Positions 10,909 through 23,784 of a stretch of 64,000 nt of DNA are shown here, piece after piece. Source of the stretch: Nemertoderma westbladi. Taxonomy: Eukaryota > Animalia > Xenacoelomorpha. The DNA lies in contig JAUCBJ010002656.1 in the NCBI GenBank assembly GCA_032718475.1, forward strand, positions 1 to 64,000. The letters are read 5' to 3'. The position numbers and the translations under genes are program-made. The notes below the pieces were generated by a model. The model saw only the letters and a program-made list of their open reading frames with translations, made no database searches and was not told where the DNA came from. Each line of letters opens with the position of its first letter. Within the stretch, counting starts at the first letter, position 1.

Positions 10909-11742
10909 TGTTACGGGAGCGATCCCTGAGGCACTTCACCACCCGGAAAACTAATATGTCACCTCAAAAACTTATTAACCAAAATGGGAGGCAATTAACA
11001 CCCCGGCTTGTAAGGACCCCAAAGGTCAACTTACAACCAGGGAGCCTTGCCAAGAGAACCAAATTGAATGTCAGATGACCGCGCAAGCTATTCATGTATA
11101 TTAAATGTTAAGCTATTGTTTCATGTGTACATTTATTGGTATGTCAGATGACCGCGCAAGCTATTCATGTATATTTAATGTTAAGCTATTGTTTCATGTG
11201 TACATTTATTGGTACAGTGCATATAACCAATCTACTATAGGTAACGGCGTACTAACATTATGCCGTCACCAATAGATAGTGAGAGAGGGGATTAATTAAG
11301 AGAGATCAGTCAATTAATCAAATGGCACTAGCCAATAGTAGAGCAGAAGCCCTGACGCCCCATTGGTCAGGGCAGCAACCACAAACCCCTCTCAAACTAA
11401 CAGTAGCTTATACCAGAGTAATAACAATTTATATCTCAGTACATGGGCCTCTCAAACCTGAGAAGCAGCTTTAGTTTAACAGAATTTGTATTATGGATAA
11501 CATGTGTATCTCAGTGCAGATATCAGAATCAGACTTGTGCTATTACTGGTAACTGTTTATTACCTATGATATTTTCTATTATACATGAAAGCAGAAACAA
11601 GAATCTAGTTTTCCCCAACATCTATATCAGGAACATCAATCACTACAGAACAAGTTAAAACAGACCTCTTTCAGACAAACTGTATCACCCGCTCGGTAAC
11701 CAGCCACCTATTTACTCTAAGACCCAGCCGGCTACTATGACA
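10909..11742. mobile_element. Possible solo LTR or other insertion interrupting the RT fragment; contains a 72 bp tandem duplication (~11068-11215)
   Basis: Starts TGTTAC where RT homology stops and has a candidate end ...TATGACA. No TSD found. Confidence 0.3.
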
Positions 11743-12163
11743 CTAACTAATGTTAATGAACAGGTTACAATGAAATGTTATTCTAACCAAAACAATAAAC
11801 GATAGTCATGAGAACAGGTTAAATTTTCATATTTGTCATTGTTGGCAGTGGTTGTCGGCTGTCGGCATAGCATTTACACCCTAATTTACTTCAGGTATTA
11901 TTTCCATGTATTCCATTCCCGAACAGACAATAATTATATAATATTACAGGATTCATATTCTATCACCACATAAACTACATCACACAACAACCAGTGCAAC
12001 TACTTCCACCAATATGTTGAAATAACATATATATAACATATATATTGCATATACCTGTAAATTAAGTTTAGAAAGTTTTTGTAATTTTTAAGTTGTTTTA
12101 GTGTAGAATTATTAATATGATGCAATGACGAATCCCAAAGAAATTATCCCTATTACAGTCTAG

Positions 12164-13909
12164 TCAATTATTTGTGTGCCGGATTATTTTTGCAGCCAAC
12201 ATTTCCCGAAGTTTATTTACTTTAACTTTACAATTACCAGACCTGGGAAACCTGTTGACAAAGATGATGTGATCAGGAATCTTGTAATCAGCAATTATCT
12301 TGGAAAGAAAATGTTTAATATCTGCACTAGAGCTGTGTACTGGTTTGCCAGGTTTACCAATATGCAGAATGATAGCAGCACCGACCATCTGAGTGAAATT
12401 AACTTCATCATAGATACTGAACACTTTACTGTCAGAGACTTTAGGATGTGTGTCGATAACATCTTCTATTTCACTTGGATATATTTTCACCATAAACTCT
12501 GACCTTTTTATAACGTCTTTGTCACGACCAACCACAGTGAGGTAGCCATTTTTATCCAAAAAGCCCAAATCACCAGTTCGATACCATCCATCTTCAGTGA
12601 TGACCTCATTAGTGGCCTCAGTATTTTTCAAATAACCTTTCATTGTGAGCTCATTTTTAACATAAACTTCACCAGTCTGATTTATATCAACAATTTCGTT
12701 GTCATCATCAGTAATTTTGATTTCCACACCCTCAGCAGGGATACCTGTATTGGAGATTCGCATTTCTTTTATGTCATTTAAACTACCCAAGGCCATTGCT
12801 GGACATTCTGTACTTCCATAAATTTGCCTAGTCTTAATGTGTTTAAATTCTTCTTCCAAGTCTGCCAAGAGCACATGAGGGATCGCCATACCTGAAGCAT
12901 TCACAAGTCTCACAGATGAGAAATCGTACTTATCTTTATATTCTAGCATGCTCAATATAGACATAGTGCCACTGCTTAACACATTGACTTTGTATTTTTG
13001 AATGGATTCACAGATCTTTATGGCATCAGGAAAGGGAGCAGGGATGATAACTTTATCTCCCAATACTGCTGGAAGTATTATCCCTACTGCTAAATTTCCA
13101 ATGCCACCCATGGGAGGCTCAATAATACGGACAACCTGCCTCCTCTTACTATTGTTATTAGGTTCTGGTTTCTTGAGTGGAACATTATTCATGTTTCGGA
13201 GAGCAAAGTGTGAAATTGGGACAGCTTTAGGAACCCCAGTGGTTCCACTTGTAAACAATATTACCCCAGGATTATCAAGGTTCACTTTGATTTCTGTTGG
13301 CCCATTTCCATTATTACCAAGCAGGCAAACTTCATCCCAATTTAATGTTCCCACTCGTTTTGTATCATCCAGAAACACAACATGTTTAAGCTTTGGCAGT
13401 TTTTTACAATTGAACTTCCCCTCCCCTGTTACTTCTGGGCATAACATCGTTTTGAAGATATGGTAATAATCACGATTATTCCATCCTGGAGATGATACCA
13501 ACACCTTAACACCAACTTTCTCTAAAACTGTTGCCCACTCAGGAGGAGAATAATTGGCAAATATAGGAACCACTGTCAAACCAGCGAGAATTGCCCCCCA
13601 AAATGTAGTGACCCATCGAATTGATGATCCAGACAATATAGCCAACCTGTCGCCATCATGCAAACCCATCTGCCGTAAACCATTTGCAAATTTGTTTGCT
13701 TCTTCATAAATCATTCCAAAGGTCGCCTCCTCATTGGTTCCATTGTTTATATAAGCAATATCGTTTTTGTACACCACATTGGCGAATTTTATGAAGTCAC
13801 CTAATGCACCATACTGTAACTGTGTTCTTCTTTCTGTCTTAGTAATACTTTTTGTTAGGGGAGTATTTCTCTGATGTAGCGGAATTGTTATGCTGGCAAT
13901 ATCAGACAT
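12164..13909 (-). CDS. Intronless AMP-binding acyl-CoA synthetase, ACSF2-like (ANL superfamily), 581 aa
   Basis: Motifs GLHDGDRLAI, FTSGTTGVPKAV, YGSTEC, GWYRTGDLG, GRDKDVI, YPSEIE, DYKIP and PRSGNCKV. The insert DYYHIFKTMLCPE...KKLPKLKHVV resembles ACSF2. Confidence 0.9.
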   Translation of the reverse strand: MSDIASITIPLHQRNTPLTKSITKTERRTQLQYGALGDFIKFANVVYKNDIAYINNGTNEEATFGMIYEEANKFANGLRQMGLHDGDRLAILSGSSIRWVTTFWGAILAGLTVVPIFANYSPPEWATVLEKVGVKVLVSSPGWNNRDYYHIFKTMLCPEVTGEGKFNCKKLPKLKHVVFLDDTKRVGTLNWDEVCLLGNNGNGPTEIKVNLDNPGVILFTSGTTGVPKAVPISHFALRNMNNVPLKKPEPNNNSKRRQVVRIIEPPMGGIGNLAVGIILPAVLGDKVIIPAPFPDAIKICESIQKYKVNVLSSGTMSILSMLEYKDKYDFSSVRLVNASGMAIPHVLLADLEEEFKHIKTRQIYGSTECPAMALGSLNDIKEMRISNTGIPAEGVEIKITDDDNEIVDINQTGEVYVKNELTMKGYLKNTEATNEVITEDGWYRTGDLGFLDKNGYLTVVGRDKDVIKRSEFMVKIYPSEIEDVIDTHPKVSDSKVFSIYDEVNFTQMVGAAIILHIGKPGKPVHSSSADIKHFLSKIIADYKIPDHIIFVNRFPRSGNCKVKVNKLREMLAAKIIRHTNN

Positions 13910-15299
13910 TATTCATAAAGAATGCATTTAAAATTGATAAATAATTCAAAATATTGATTGTAGCATGTGATAATTATCGTAAGGGTTTTATATATAAAAT
14001 TAGCTGTAATCAGAGATAAATTCTTTTTTCAAGAGTTTTTTTACTTATAATTTCAAGATAATTTTTACTTATTTTAAACAGACACAAAGAGAAAAAGACA
14101 CCCACCCCACATTGCCCAGAGTTTTAAACGCCAAAAAGAGAAAAAAACACCCTACATTACCCAGGGCTGCCATAAAAAAAAAATAAAAAAAATAACATCC
14201 CCACATCGCCCAGGGCTGCCAATTCTCCCAAAATCAGTAATACTGTTCGGACTATATAGTTGCGATGCCACATCACCCAGTAGGCCCACAACCACCACCA
14301 CAGTACTGGTTGCCAGTACTAAATACTACAGTGCTGACTTCTGGAAATTGTTAAGCTGTGTAGTGTAAGTCTGACAGATATTAACTTTGTAATTACTGTA
14401 TTTAGGCATGATTTGTGCCTGATTTAGAATTATAAAAATGTATTATATATTATATTTGTATTTTATTATGAAATGCTGAGGAGAGTAATCAGAATCCAAT
14501 TTACAGTTGCTTCAATTGTGGAACTAAACTGGGTAATGTCATTCCTGACATTGCATGCATACTTAATTGAAACCCAATATGTTTTTGAAGATGCATTGGA
14601 GAGCATAATTTATGGTCCATCTGCTTCGAATAATATAGAGCTTTGGTGTAGGGAGTTGAGAGACTGGGTTGGGGGTGTGCTGAAAGACCTACTATATAGT
14701 ATATATATGTACGTTGGCCTTATTATTGTGATGCGCGGATGCTGTGTGTGATCCTGTGTGTGTGTGTTCCCCGCATGGCGGGTATGGTAGCCATCAGCTG
14801 GGGAATAGTACCGGGTTCCAGATTGTGTGCTCGGTCTGACGGACTGCGGATGAGGGTCAACATTTGGAAACAGATGTCTGTTTGGTGGCTGAATATTGTA
14901 ATTCTATTAGGACATTTTTAGATTTTATCGTTTCACTCGAGCCTGCGCAACTATACCTACAGCCACAGAGTAGCTGGCGGACATAGCATTGAGGATGTCG
15001 ATCATTTGCCATTCGTCATCTACCGAGACGCTCTTCTTTAGTTTAATTGCTCGAATTAATGCAATTCCTTCATCTTGGAGATTAATAACCTTAGTGACAT
15101 CCATTTATATCAATAATATAGTTCAGCAGTAGTCAGATAGAATAAGTCAGCAGTACAGTAGTATTGGTTAGTACAGCAGTGGTAGTACAGACGAAACCAT
15201 AGAGTTAAATTTGAGTGATAATACATTTATAGCTGGTAATGGTTGTCTACAAATAGCTAGAGATGATTCTAAAGTTAGTATATTCTTTTTGACAGATAT

Positions 15300-16260
15300 A
15301 TTTCGTGGCAGTTTATTACCACATCTTCTCCTTGGATGGACAGTATATGGGAGCGCCTTATAGGGTTGATGAAGACATTATTGGAGAAGGTATTGGGTAG
15401 TGCATTTGTGCCTTTGGAAGAGGTACACACCTTTGTTGTAGAACCGAAACGGTGATGAATGACAGACCATTAGCTTACATGTATGGTAACAATGACGACC
15501 CCCATCCATTGACTCCGTCTATGTTGGATTTAAGCAACCACATTTCTACCGTGTATAAACCAGTTATTGATGATTGCGATTTATTTAATGACCCCTTTTA
15601 TGGTCTCCCGACTCGAAAAGATCTCATGGTTCGACATAATCGCATTTATAAGTTGCTTAGCGATTACTGGAGTCACTGGTCCCATGACTACTTTACCATG
15701 TTAAGTGAATATCATAGGTGGAACATTACAGAACCTAAAGAAGTAGTACATATGGTGGATATCCTACTTATAAGGGATTCTAATGTACCCAGAGCACAGT
15801 TCCGTATGGGTAAGTTTATCCAGGAAAGGATGGATGGATGAGGTCCGCAACTCTTCAAACTCCCAATGGCCAGATTCAAAGACCTGTTAGGAAACTGGAT
15901 CCCTTGGAGTTTTGTGTTGTTGAAGAAACTTCGAATGAGCTATTACCGTTGATGGTTGACAAGAGTAATGTTATAAAGTACTGTTCAACCTATAGTGATA
16001 AAAGATAAAATTCTCAAAAAAATAGCACTCAGCAAAACTGAAAATGAGAGTGAATGAAGTTAAAATATTATGTCAAGTTCATATTTACTTGTGGCATAGT
16101 GTAAATAAATAAAGTTTATATAATTGTACTGTGTTGTGCAGTAAGTATATATATTTTATCGGTGTTTGGTGTCATATATATTTATAGTATAGTTTTCTTT
16201 TTGGGCGGGAGAATGTCGCAATTATTCAGTAGAATTCACCTATCATTATGATTTACAGTA
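15300..16260 (+). pseudogene. Decayed BEL/Pao integrase C-terminus with PPT and start of a 3' LTR
   Basis: PWMDSIWERLIGLMK...MNDRPLAY...PLTPSML...YWSHWSHDYFTML...PRAQFRMGK (DUF5641-like). Polypurine gggcgggagaa is followed by TGT at ~16203-16216. Confidence 0.8.
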
Positions 16261-16769
16261 TTTTCCTGTAACAGCGTCTTATCAACTTCCAAATAGTTCC
16301 ACCTTGGTGTATTTGTTGCATTGAATTAATTTTTGAAATTTATTATTTTTGAAAAATTTTGAAATTTTTTTATATTTTATTTAAACTAGTTCAGAGGTGG
16401 AAAGTACAAATTGAATCACATTTCTACTTGAATCAGGAAAATTATTCAAATTATTAAAATTTATTAAAACGTAGTGTTCTATAATAATACTTCTTTATTA
16501 CCACATCCCATCACTTCAAGTTAATCTAAACTATTAATAAATTAATAATAATAACATTATCATTAATTACGAAATTCCAACAACGAGACTATCTGCACTG
16601 AAGCTAGTAAATGCAATCCAAGAATAAATACATGAAAATGTTTAAACTACAATAATATATGTATGTATATATGTATATATAGGCCTACTTAACTACATAT
16701 GGCATATGAATATTGAGAAATATTTATATTTAAACATCAATATGTTAGCTTTAATTAAAGCTCTCACTC

Positions 16770-17001
16770 GTTACACAATAGAATTCTTTTCACAATTATA
16801 TAAAGTTACAACAGCATATTGGATTAATTAAGTATATTGATTTCTTCCATAAGAATCTTGTATACTGATATGCATATGCACAGGCGTAAGCAATACTCAT
16901 TACACAATACAATTCTTTTCACAATTATATAAAGTTACAACAGCATATTGGATTAAGTATATTGATTTCTTCCAAAAGAATCTTGTATACTGATATGCAT
17001 A
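16770..17001. repeat. ~130 bp tandem duplication
   Basis: ttacacaata.aattcttttcacaattatataaagttacaacagc...gcatatgc appears twice. Confidence 0.8.
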
Positions 17002-18939
17002 TGCGACAGGCGTAAGCAATAATGCACACATTGATGTAGTATCGCTTGTTTAAATTTAATTTGATATTGTGAAGACTATATTATTGTGAAGACTACAGTA
17101 TATTATTATTAAACTGATATCACCCACTCTGTAAATGCAGATTATGATTCAGACTGCTGGTGTAAAGTCGAGGTCATACCAGATCTACTTTTCTGTGAAC
17201 TAACTCAAGGAAGTCATAGCCATGGATTATTTCTACCACAATCTATAAGCATTATTTAATACTGGTGGAACAGAACAGCATGCATATTATATTTCCTGGG
17301 TTTCTTTAATGTCAGTCTTCATCTCTCCTCAATATTTCCATGTTAAATTCTGTTGACAGAATTTTGAAATTTTGTTTCAAAAAAGTTATGGCAAAGTAAA
17401 TGGAAATAGAATGGCGGTATATATACAGGGCCTGATGTCACAAGACCTAATGACATTGTCCTCATAATGGCTTATACACAGTATAACAGACCTACTAGGT
17501 ATGAGGCAGTCAGGTACTGACTGTTACAGTACCAGCGGACCAGCATTGAATTTCATATTACTGGTACAGTGTGTGTGACATTGTGATAACTGTGGTAGGA
17601 CTGGGTATAGTAGAACTGCAGCAGGTATGCACCACAGTACTCACTACTACTGGTACTCGGAATACTAGATCTGTAGATGCTATCAAGCATTAATTAATGA
17701 CTCTGTACTAAATGGTAGCCTGAGGGCATGGTAGCATATCATGAAACATACATTTTTTATATTAGGTACGTAAGGTACAGTACAGTAGGTACTGGTAGTT
17801 CTGTAGGTAAGTCACATGCTCACAAAAATTGACAAAAGACACTTCATTGCGCTAGAGGAATTTTTGGGGCTTTGTGTAACTATAAAATTCTTAATAAGTA
17901 GTTCCATAAGTTTAACACTGTTATTACTGTACTACAGACTGCAGTAGTAGTAATTGGGCAGGTCAGGTATTCTAGTTCATTGATCAAGAAACTTGCCACC
18001 TCCGTACAGCATACAGGAGGTGTCACCTGTAGCTGCATAGACCCTCTTACTAAGGGCAAATCTGTTCCTGTAATTAGGAACCCCATTCGTTCTGGGATAG
18101 TGACGCCCTTGGTCCTGGATTAAGGACCCATATACTTGCTGCAGGGGTATATGGCCTTGCCAGGCAAATGGTGATCTACCAATGGTTGGTCAGGAGTAGA
18201 GTGTTCTCATGTCCAATCTGAGTGTACTTCACTGCGGCCTGCACCTGGCAACAGGGCATGGCCTAGCAGATGAGCTGCACAGCCATTGGTGGGTCATGTG
18301 CGTCAGAGTAGGTATGGGTGATGCACCTCATATCTGACCCCACTGCGACACCCACCCTGTGTGGAATGGCAAACCCATTGTGTGGTATTTACCCCGAGAG
18401 CTGCCTCGGTAAAAAAGCACCCCCAACCCCCATTATTGATTACATTAGTAATGCAGAGTTCCAGCCACTAGAGGCCAGTGGAATTACCGGACACAATCGG
18501 CCTCACATGCGTCAGTTATCTCCTGACCGGCTGCCTGTCTCACCCCCTACTAAAGAGAGAGCAGCCAATAATTCTGTGAGTCCTTTTTGGCCCAAACCCT
18601 GGGTGGCCAGGGAGGCCAGATTGTGAGGGGGAGAGGGATTCTGGAGTTGGAGGCTACTCTCATGTTCCACCCCGACCAACCAAGCCATTGGTGAATATGA
18701 TGAAAGTCCCTAGACTGGATGGCACATTCACAAGAATGCTACGCCGGGTTCATTGTGTCAAGTACAATGCACACATCTCCAACCAGCACTATTTAACATT
18801 GTAGGTGTCTCATTGGTTCCCCCAAGCTTGACACTACAACAAAGCCACCTCCGCTTTGTAGGACATTGCTTTCACAGTCAGGACCAGCCAGTGCATTCTC
18901 TTGTGCTTTGACAGTCTCATGGAGTGAATAAGCATCGTG

Positions 18940-19050
18940 GACAGCCCATGACATCCTTGAGACGCATCTTAAAGGACACTGGCCTTGAAGATGCGGATGA
19001 TCTAGCAAATGTCATGGGTGATAGGGAGTTGTGGCGGTGCAATTTTGTCG
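18940..19050 (+). pseudogene. 3' end of an RTE-like LINE ORF
   Basis: Translates as RILKDTGLEDADDLANVMGDRELWR, the typical RTE C-terminal DRxxWR ending. Confidence 0.55.
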
Positions 19051-19317
19051 ACAAGCCGGCACAGCATTCGTTTCTTAGTCATTTATAGTCATTTGAGGTA
19101 TTAGTCTTGAGTCATTTGTATATGTAATATATATATATATATAATGCAGCTGCAATGCAGCACGCTGATCCTAGTAGTAGTAGTAGTGGTAGTAATAGGT
19201 AGAGTCAGATCACTCCAGGCTTGAAGTGACTGTTGGAAGTTCCTGGTTGTGGGCGCATTCAATAAACAAAATAAATAAATGATTGTGGTAAATAAGTTTT
19301 TAGTTTCATTGGACTAA

Positions 19318-19562
19318 AAAAAAAGCAAACAGTCGGCCGAAGCCGGAGGCAACCCGAAGGCTCCTCTTTTGATAGCTGCTACCCGAGAGGGTAGGGTGGG
19401 TGCTACTCCTATCCCAAGTTTTGCTCCCAGATATTTAACTGGTACTCATTTTATCGACCCCAGTGGATGAAAGGCTGTGTGGACCCTGGCGGGGCTGAAC
19501 CTACAACCAATAGATTGCAGGCCCGGCGCTCAAACCAACTGAGCTACCCCGACTTCATTATC
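19318..19562 (-). mobile_element. tRNA-derived SINE with Nin/Deu-type core
   Basis: Minus strand: A box TAGCTCAGTTGG, B-box-like GGTTCAGCCC, then CAGCCTTTCATCCACTGGGGTCGATAAAATGAGTACCAG, resembling the Deu/Nin core. Flanked by the 13 bp direct repeat ttcattggactaa (19305-19317 and 19563-19575). Confidence 0.82.
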
Positions 19563-19699
19563 TTCATTGGACTAATGTTATATTATAATAAATGTTTAAT
19601 AGGTTATTTATGACAGGTAAAATTTAATATAATAATAATGCTATCAATTATTGTACTCTCTCTCTCTCTTTCTTGTTTTGCAAAGTCGCAATAGGGCCA

Positions 19700-20488
19700 G
19701 TGTTTTGAAAGAAAATATTTGCAGTGCCATTTAAAAGCTTTACCAAAATGGCCTATAGTTACTAGTTATGAGGCACAAAAATTACAAATTTTCAAAATTT
19801 TCACTTTTTATGTTTTTTGGATTTTTGAACAAGATCTTAAATTAATATACAAAAAATACCATCAAATAATTTCATTTCTAACATTTTTGTACACTAAATC
19901 TGTCACTTGCACGGCTTTTTCAAAAAAATGAGTTGATGTAATACATTATCTCAAAAGATTCTTAGAAAGATGACTTGGAAACGTCTGATTTTTTGTTGTA
20001 CGTAGATTTCACTAGTCTGAATCCGACCGAAAAAAATTTTCAAAAAATGTACTGGGGTGGTTATTTTGCAGCTCCGAAATTACAAGTAGTGCACAATTTT
20101 CATAAAATTTGAAAGTTACAATTTTCGGCTAATTGTTTTTCAATACAGGTTTTCTGGGGTGTAAAATCCATTGAAAAATATTTATAATTGATCTAATTAC
20201 TATACATTGCTGTTTTAGTCCTCTATGTAGGCAAAAACTGAAAATAAAACAAGTAACCAACACATTTCGGTTTGAACACAAAATTTAATTTTTAATTCAC
20301 CTATACGATGCTATAAATTCACATTTATAGGTTTTCTGGGGCGCTGATTCTACAGTATTAGAATACATTTGTAATTTGCCAGATCATTGCTACACGTATT
20401 TTTCCCATCACCAAAAAGTACAAGTTTGAGATGTCCAGTGCTGTTTTTATTGATTCCATCAGATTCAGGACCCTCATAAACCCGTATA
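19700..20488 (-). mobile_element. Fragment of the non-autonomous DNA element also present at 48252-49750, truncated by the LINE
   Basis: 19980-20488 is the reverse complement of ~49177-49722. The left boundary is approximate. Confidence 0.75.
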
Positions 20489-20709
20489 TTTATTTTTATT
20501 TATTTCGTTTATTTTCGTACACCAGCAAGCTGGGAACAACATGAAGTAATGAGAATCTATAGAGTGCACAATAATTGTACCGGTAAGTAAGTAACAGTAA
20601 CAGTATAATACTTAAAGTAGAATTAAGTACAGTAGAAAATATACAAACAACCATACTTAAATAGAATAAGAATACAGCAGTATAATATAAACACACCATC
20701 GAAACTATA

Positions 20710-23700
20710 CTAATATGAAGCAACATAAGTTAACATATCACGTAATTCTTCTTCAGAGAAACCGTCAACAAAGTCTGGACCAGTTATGCACTTAATTATA
20801 TCGCGACAGCAATTTACGCGCCATAACTGAGAATTATCAATATAAATATACTTCAACTTATTTATATCATTAGCACATAATTTATGTAAGTAAGGTTGAT
20901 CAAGTTCATTACATAATCTTCTAAGATTGAGACCACACTTACTTCTACAGTCAAACAATGTAAGATATGATAGAAATCTAACGGGCAATTTACAAGATCT
21001 AATAATCGTTCTAGAAAAATTCAAAAAGCGCCTGCAGAGCATTACCCGTGGATGTGAAAAATGTATTAAACGTTCAACTATAAACCTATGTGCAGTAAAG
21101 GGAAGACCCCAAATCATACATATATTATTATTCCATGCAGTAAATATCCTGGCGCATTCATGTGAAAACAAGTCCCATACCGGGCTGCCATAAAAACTAG
21201 TAGCATACATTCTCTGTATATTAGTCAAGCAATATGAGCCTGCAAAATAGAATTCTTGTCTCAAATTTGCTAGTTTGCCTAAAAATGCACCACGTTTCAT
21301 GAGTGTATCCGCAGCCAAATTGCACCTATAGTCCAGGACAATTCCCAAATGGGTTGCCTGTCGTACCCATGGTAACGAAATTCCAGAAACAACAATATTT
21401 ACCTGAGGAGGGCACCAATTAAAATTAAAGGGTATACATTTCGATTTACACTTTGATTGATTTACATTAACACTCAGGCGAAGCTTAAATTCTGCACAAA
21501 ACCTTTCACAAATGTCTATCATAAACTGTAAACCCGATACCGACGGACACAACAACAAAACGTCGTCGGCATAAGCCAAACAACCAAAGTAATGACTACC
21601 AATAAAACAACCTACATTCGAATCTTTTAATCGATTAATAAGAATGTTCAATATAACGCAAAACAGAATCGGAGATATACACGACCCCTGTCTTACCCCA
21701 TTGCCAATTGTAAATGCATCGGACTTATGCATATTCCATCGCACAAAACAAGTCTGATTACAGTAAATATATAACAGGCACCTTAAATATAAACTATTAA
21801 TACCCTTTTTAATAAGTTCCAAGAATAATTTCTTCCATTCCACCAAGTCAAATGCCTTAGTGAAATCCAGAAGACATGAATAAACTGGCGTTGACTGTCT
21901 TAAATAATTATTTATAACCTCAGTCGCTGTCCAAGAGCATAATACAGTGCTGGACAGCGGCTGATACCCAAATTGCAAGTCATGCAAATCTAACTTACTA
22001 CCCTGTGTAGTTAATATAACTAACTCGAATATCTTTAAAACCAATGACGCTATAGCAATTGCACGATAATTACTGGAAGACGCAATATTTCCCAACTTAT
22101 TCTTTATAATTGGAATTAATGCAATAGACAATAAACATTTAGGTATCACACCATGAGTTAAAAATATATTAAATAACTTTGCTATATGTTCGAAGAACAC
22201 ATCGCCACCATTAATTAATGAATCCGAATCGAAACTATAAAATACGTAACTTTTCGAACTTTTTAGCTTTTGCATTGCATCCTTAACATCGTCAACAGTT
22301 ACTGCCGTACTAGTTATCAAATCATTATCACGAATAATATTATTCAGATCATTAAGCAAACTGTCATATTCAACCTCACTACTTTGATTATACAATTCTT
22401 TGTAAATCCGAGAAAAATTATCGGCTATATGCTGAGCCTCGGTTTCACCGTCTACAGCACTACTTTGTACATTACTGCACCCACGTAAATTACGAATCTC
22501 GTCAAAAATTCTAGAATTACCAGAGATAGCAGCCTCTAAAAGTTTCTCCCTTTTTATTTTATCCGTCATTTTCTTCAACCTGCGCACCGCATATTTATAT
22601 TGAGCACGTGAGCGTTGGCGTAGATGAAACAAATTGCCCTGTGAGGCATTTGGCCTCCCCGCCGAGACCCAGAGTCCATGATAAAAAGTTGCATCTGTTT
22701 TATATTGTTTTACATGAGTATTCCACCCAGGCATAATTTCTCCCTGTGTAGCATCGCTATTGACCGATCCTCCGCTCTGAGGTAAACACTCGGCCGCTAT
22801 CTCGATAGAATCAAGCACATTTAACATATATTGCTCAATTAACATTATATGCTCAATAGATGAACAAAAAGCATTACTACAACCAACGACACAAGATGGC
22901 ACTGTTAAACCATTTAACCTGTCATCAAGTCTACGCTGAAATTCATGTTTCTGGTCATCTGATGCTTTACTATAGTTAGACCTATTAGGTCTAACTTCAT
23001 CTTGTACTGTGTAGTCTAAATCATCTACTTCAACTTTAAAATATATTGGGCTATGGTTGGACAAATTATTACCTTGATGCAAAACATCTGCATTGAAATT
23101 GCAATTAAATAGTGATTCACTGACAACAAAATGATCAATAGTCGACTTAAAGGCTACATCATTTACAGTATGTACATATGTATAATCAATGGGGATCGTG
23201 TCCCAAATAACATATAACGAATGACTATCTATAAATTCACGCACTTTACGAACATGCATAGTCGAACGAATAAAATCGGCATTGAAATCGCCACACCATA
23301 AAATATTTGAACAATTTGTTTGCGAAATTACTGTAGCAACATCATTGAGAATGGACAATAAATCATCATTGACAGTGGACATCGAACGATCATCCACCGG
23401 AAAATAGCTATTAAAAATAACCATTTTCTTTCCTGGTAAATTTAACTCCAGTGCCTGTAAGCGGTTATTATTTCTATCCAATTTCACAATATTAATGTAT
23501 TTCTCAATTGATTTATGCCATAAAATACATAATCCACCAGAAGGTCTACCCTGATGAACAACATTTATATCATTATAGTGAGCTGGTACAAAAGCAGAAC
23601 CGCAATTAGGAAAATGATAATTGAATCTGTGAGCACTATGTTCTAAGAAAAAATGTTCTTGCAAACACACAATATTTGAACTAAATATGACATCACTTAG

Positions 23701-23784
23701 TACATCAATTTTATCTGCACTAAACCTGGTCGAATTATATGAAGTTATAGTAAGTTTAGAACCTACAGCAGTAAGTCCTGCCAT
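20710..23784 (-). CDS. LINE ORF2: APE endonuclease + reverse transcriptase, 1024 aa
   Basis: EN motifs SYNS, CLQEH, GRPSGG, GDFNAD, STIDHF, SNHSPI; RT motifs NYRAIA, QFGYQ, LDFTKAFD, GVRQGSCISP, YADD. Confidence 0.95.
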   Translation of the reverse strand: MAGLTAVGSKLTITSYNSTRFSADKIDVLSDVIFSSNIVCLQEHFFLEHSAHRFNYHFPNCGSAFVPAHYNDINVVHQGRPSGGLCILWHKSIEKYINIVKLDRNNNRLQALELNLPGKKMVIFNSYFPVDDRSMSTVNDDLLSILNDVATVISQTNCSNILWCGDFNADFIRSTMHVRKVREFIDSHSLYVIWDTIPIDYTYVHTVNDVAFKSTIDHFVVSESLFNCNFNADVLHQGNNLSNHSPIYFKVEVDDLDYTVQDEVRPNRSNYSKASDDQKHEFQRRLDDRLNGLTVPSCVVGCSNAFCSSIEHIMLIEQYMLNVLDSIEIAAECLPQSGGSVNSDATQGEIMPGWNTHVKQYKTDATFYHGLWVSAGRPNASQGNLFHLRQRSRAQYKYAVRRLKKMTDKIKREKLLEAAISGNSRIFDEIRNLRGCSNVQSSAVDGETEAQHIADNFSRIYKELYNQSSEVEYDSLLNDLNNIIRDNDLITSTAVTVDDVKDAMQKLKSSKSYVFYSFDSDSLINGGDVFFEHIAKLFNIFLTHGVIPKCLLSIALIPIIKNKLGNIASSSNYRAIAIASLVLKIFELVILTTQGSKLDLHDLQFGYQPLSSTVLCSWTATEVINNYLRQSTPVYSCLLDFTKAFDLVEWKKLFLELIKKGINSLYLRCLLYIYCNQTCFVRWNMHKSDAFTIGNGVRQGSCISPILFCVILNILINRLKDSNVGCFIGSHYFGCLAYADDVLLLCPSVSGLQFMIDICERFCAEFKLRLSVNVNQSKCKSKCIPFNFNWCPPQVNIVVSGISLPWVRQATHLGIVLDYRCNLAADTLMKRGAFLGKLANLRQEFYFAGSYCLTNIQRMYATSFYGSPVWDLFSHECARIFTAWNNNICMIWGLPFTAHRFIVERLIHFSHPRVMLCRRFLNFSRTIIRSCKLPVRFLSYLTLFDCRSKCGLNLRRLCNELDQPYLHKLCANDINKLKYIYIDNSQLWRVNCCRDIIKCITGPDFVDGFSEEELRDMLTYVASY

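Noticed and set aside
12164-13909. Calling the enzyme a luciferase or a proven bacterial HGT
   Set aside because: It retains an ACSF2-type insert; neither function nor origin can be determined from motifs alone.
17880-18930. Short ORFs 17880-18086, 18318-18626 and 18793-19008 as genes
   Set aside because: No domains or splice support; probably decayed repeat sequence.
19475-19553. Functional tRNA-Cys gene
   Set aside because: The stems are imperfect and it continues into a SINE core with TSDs.
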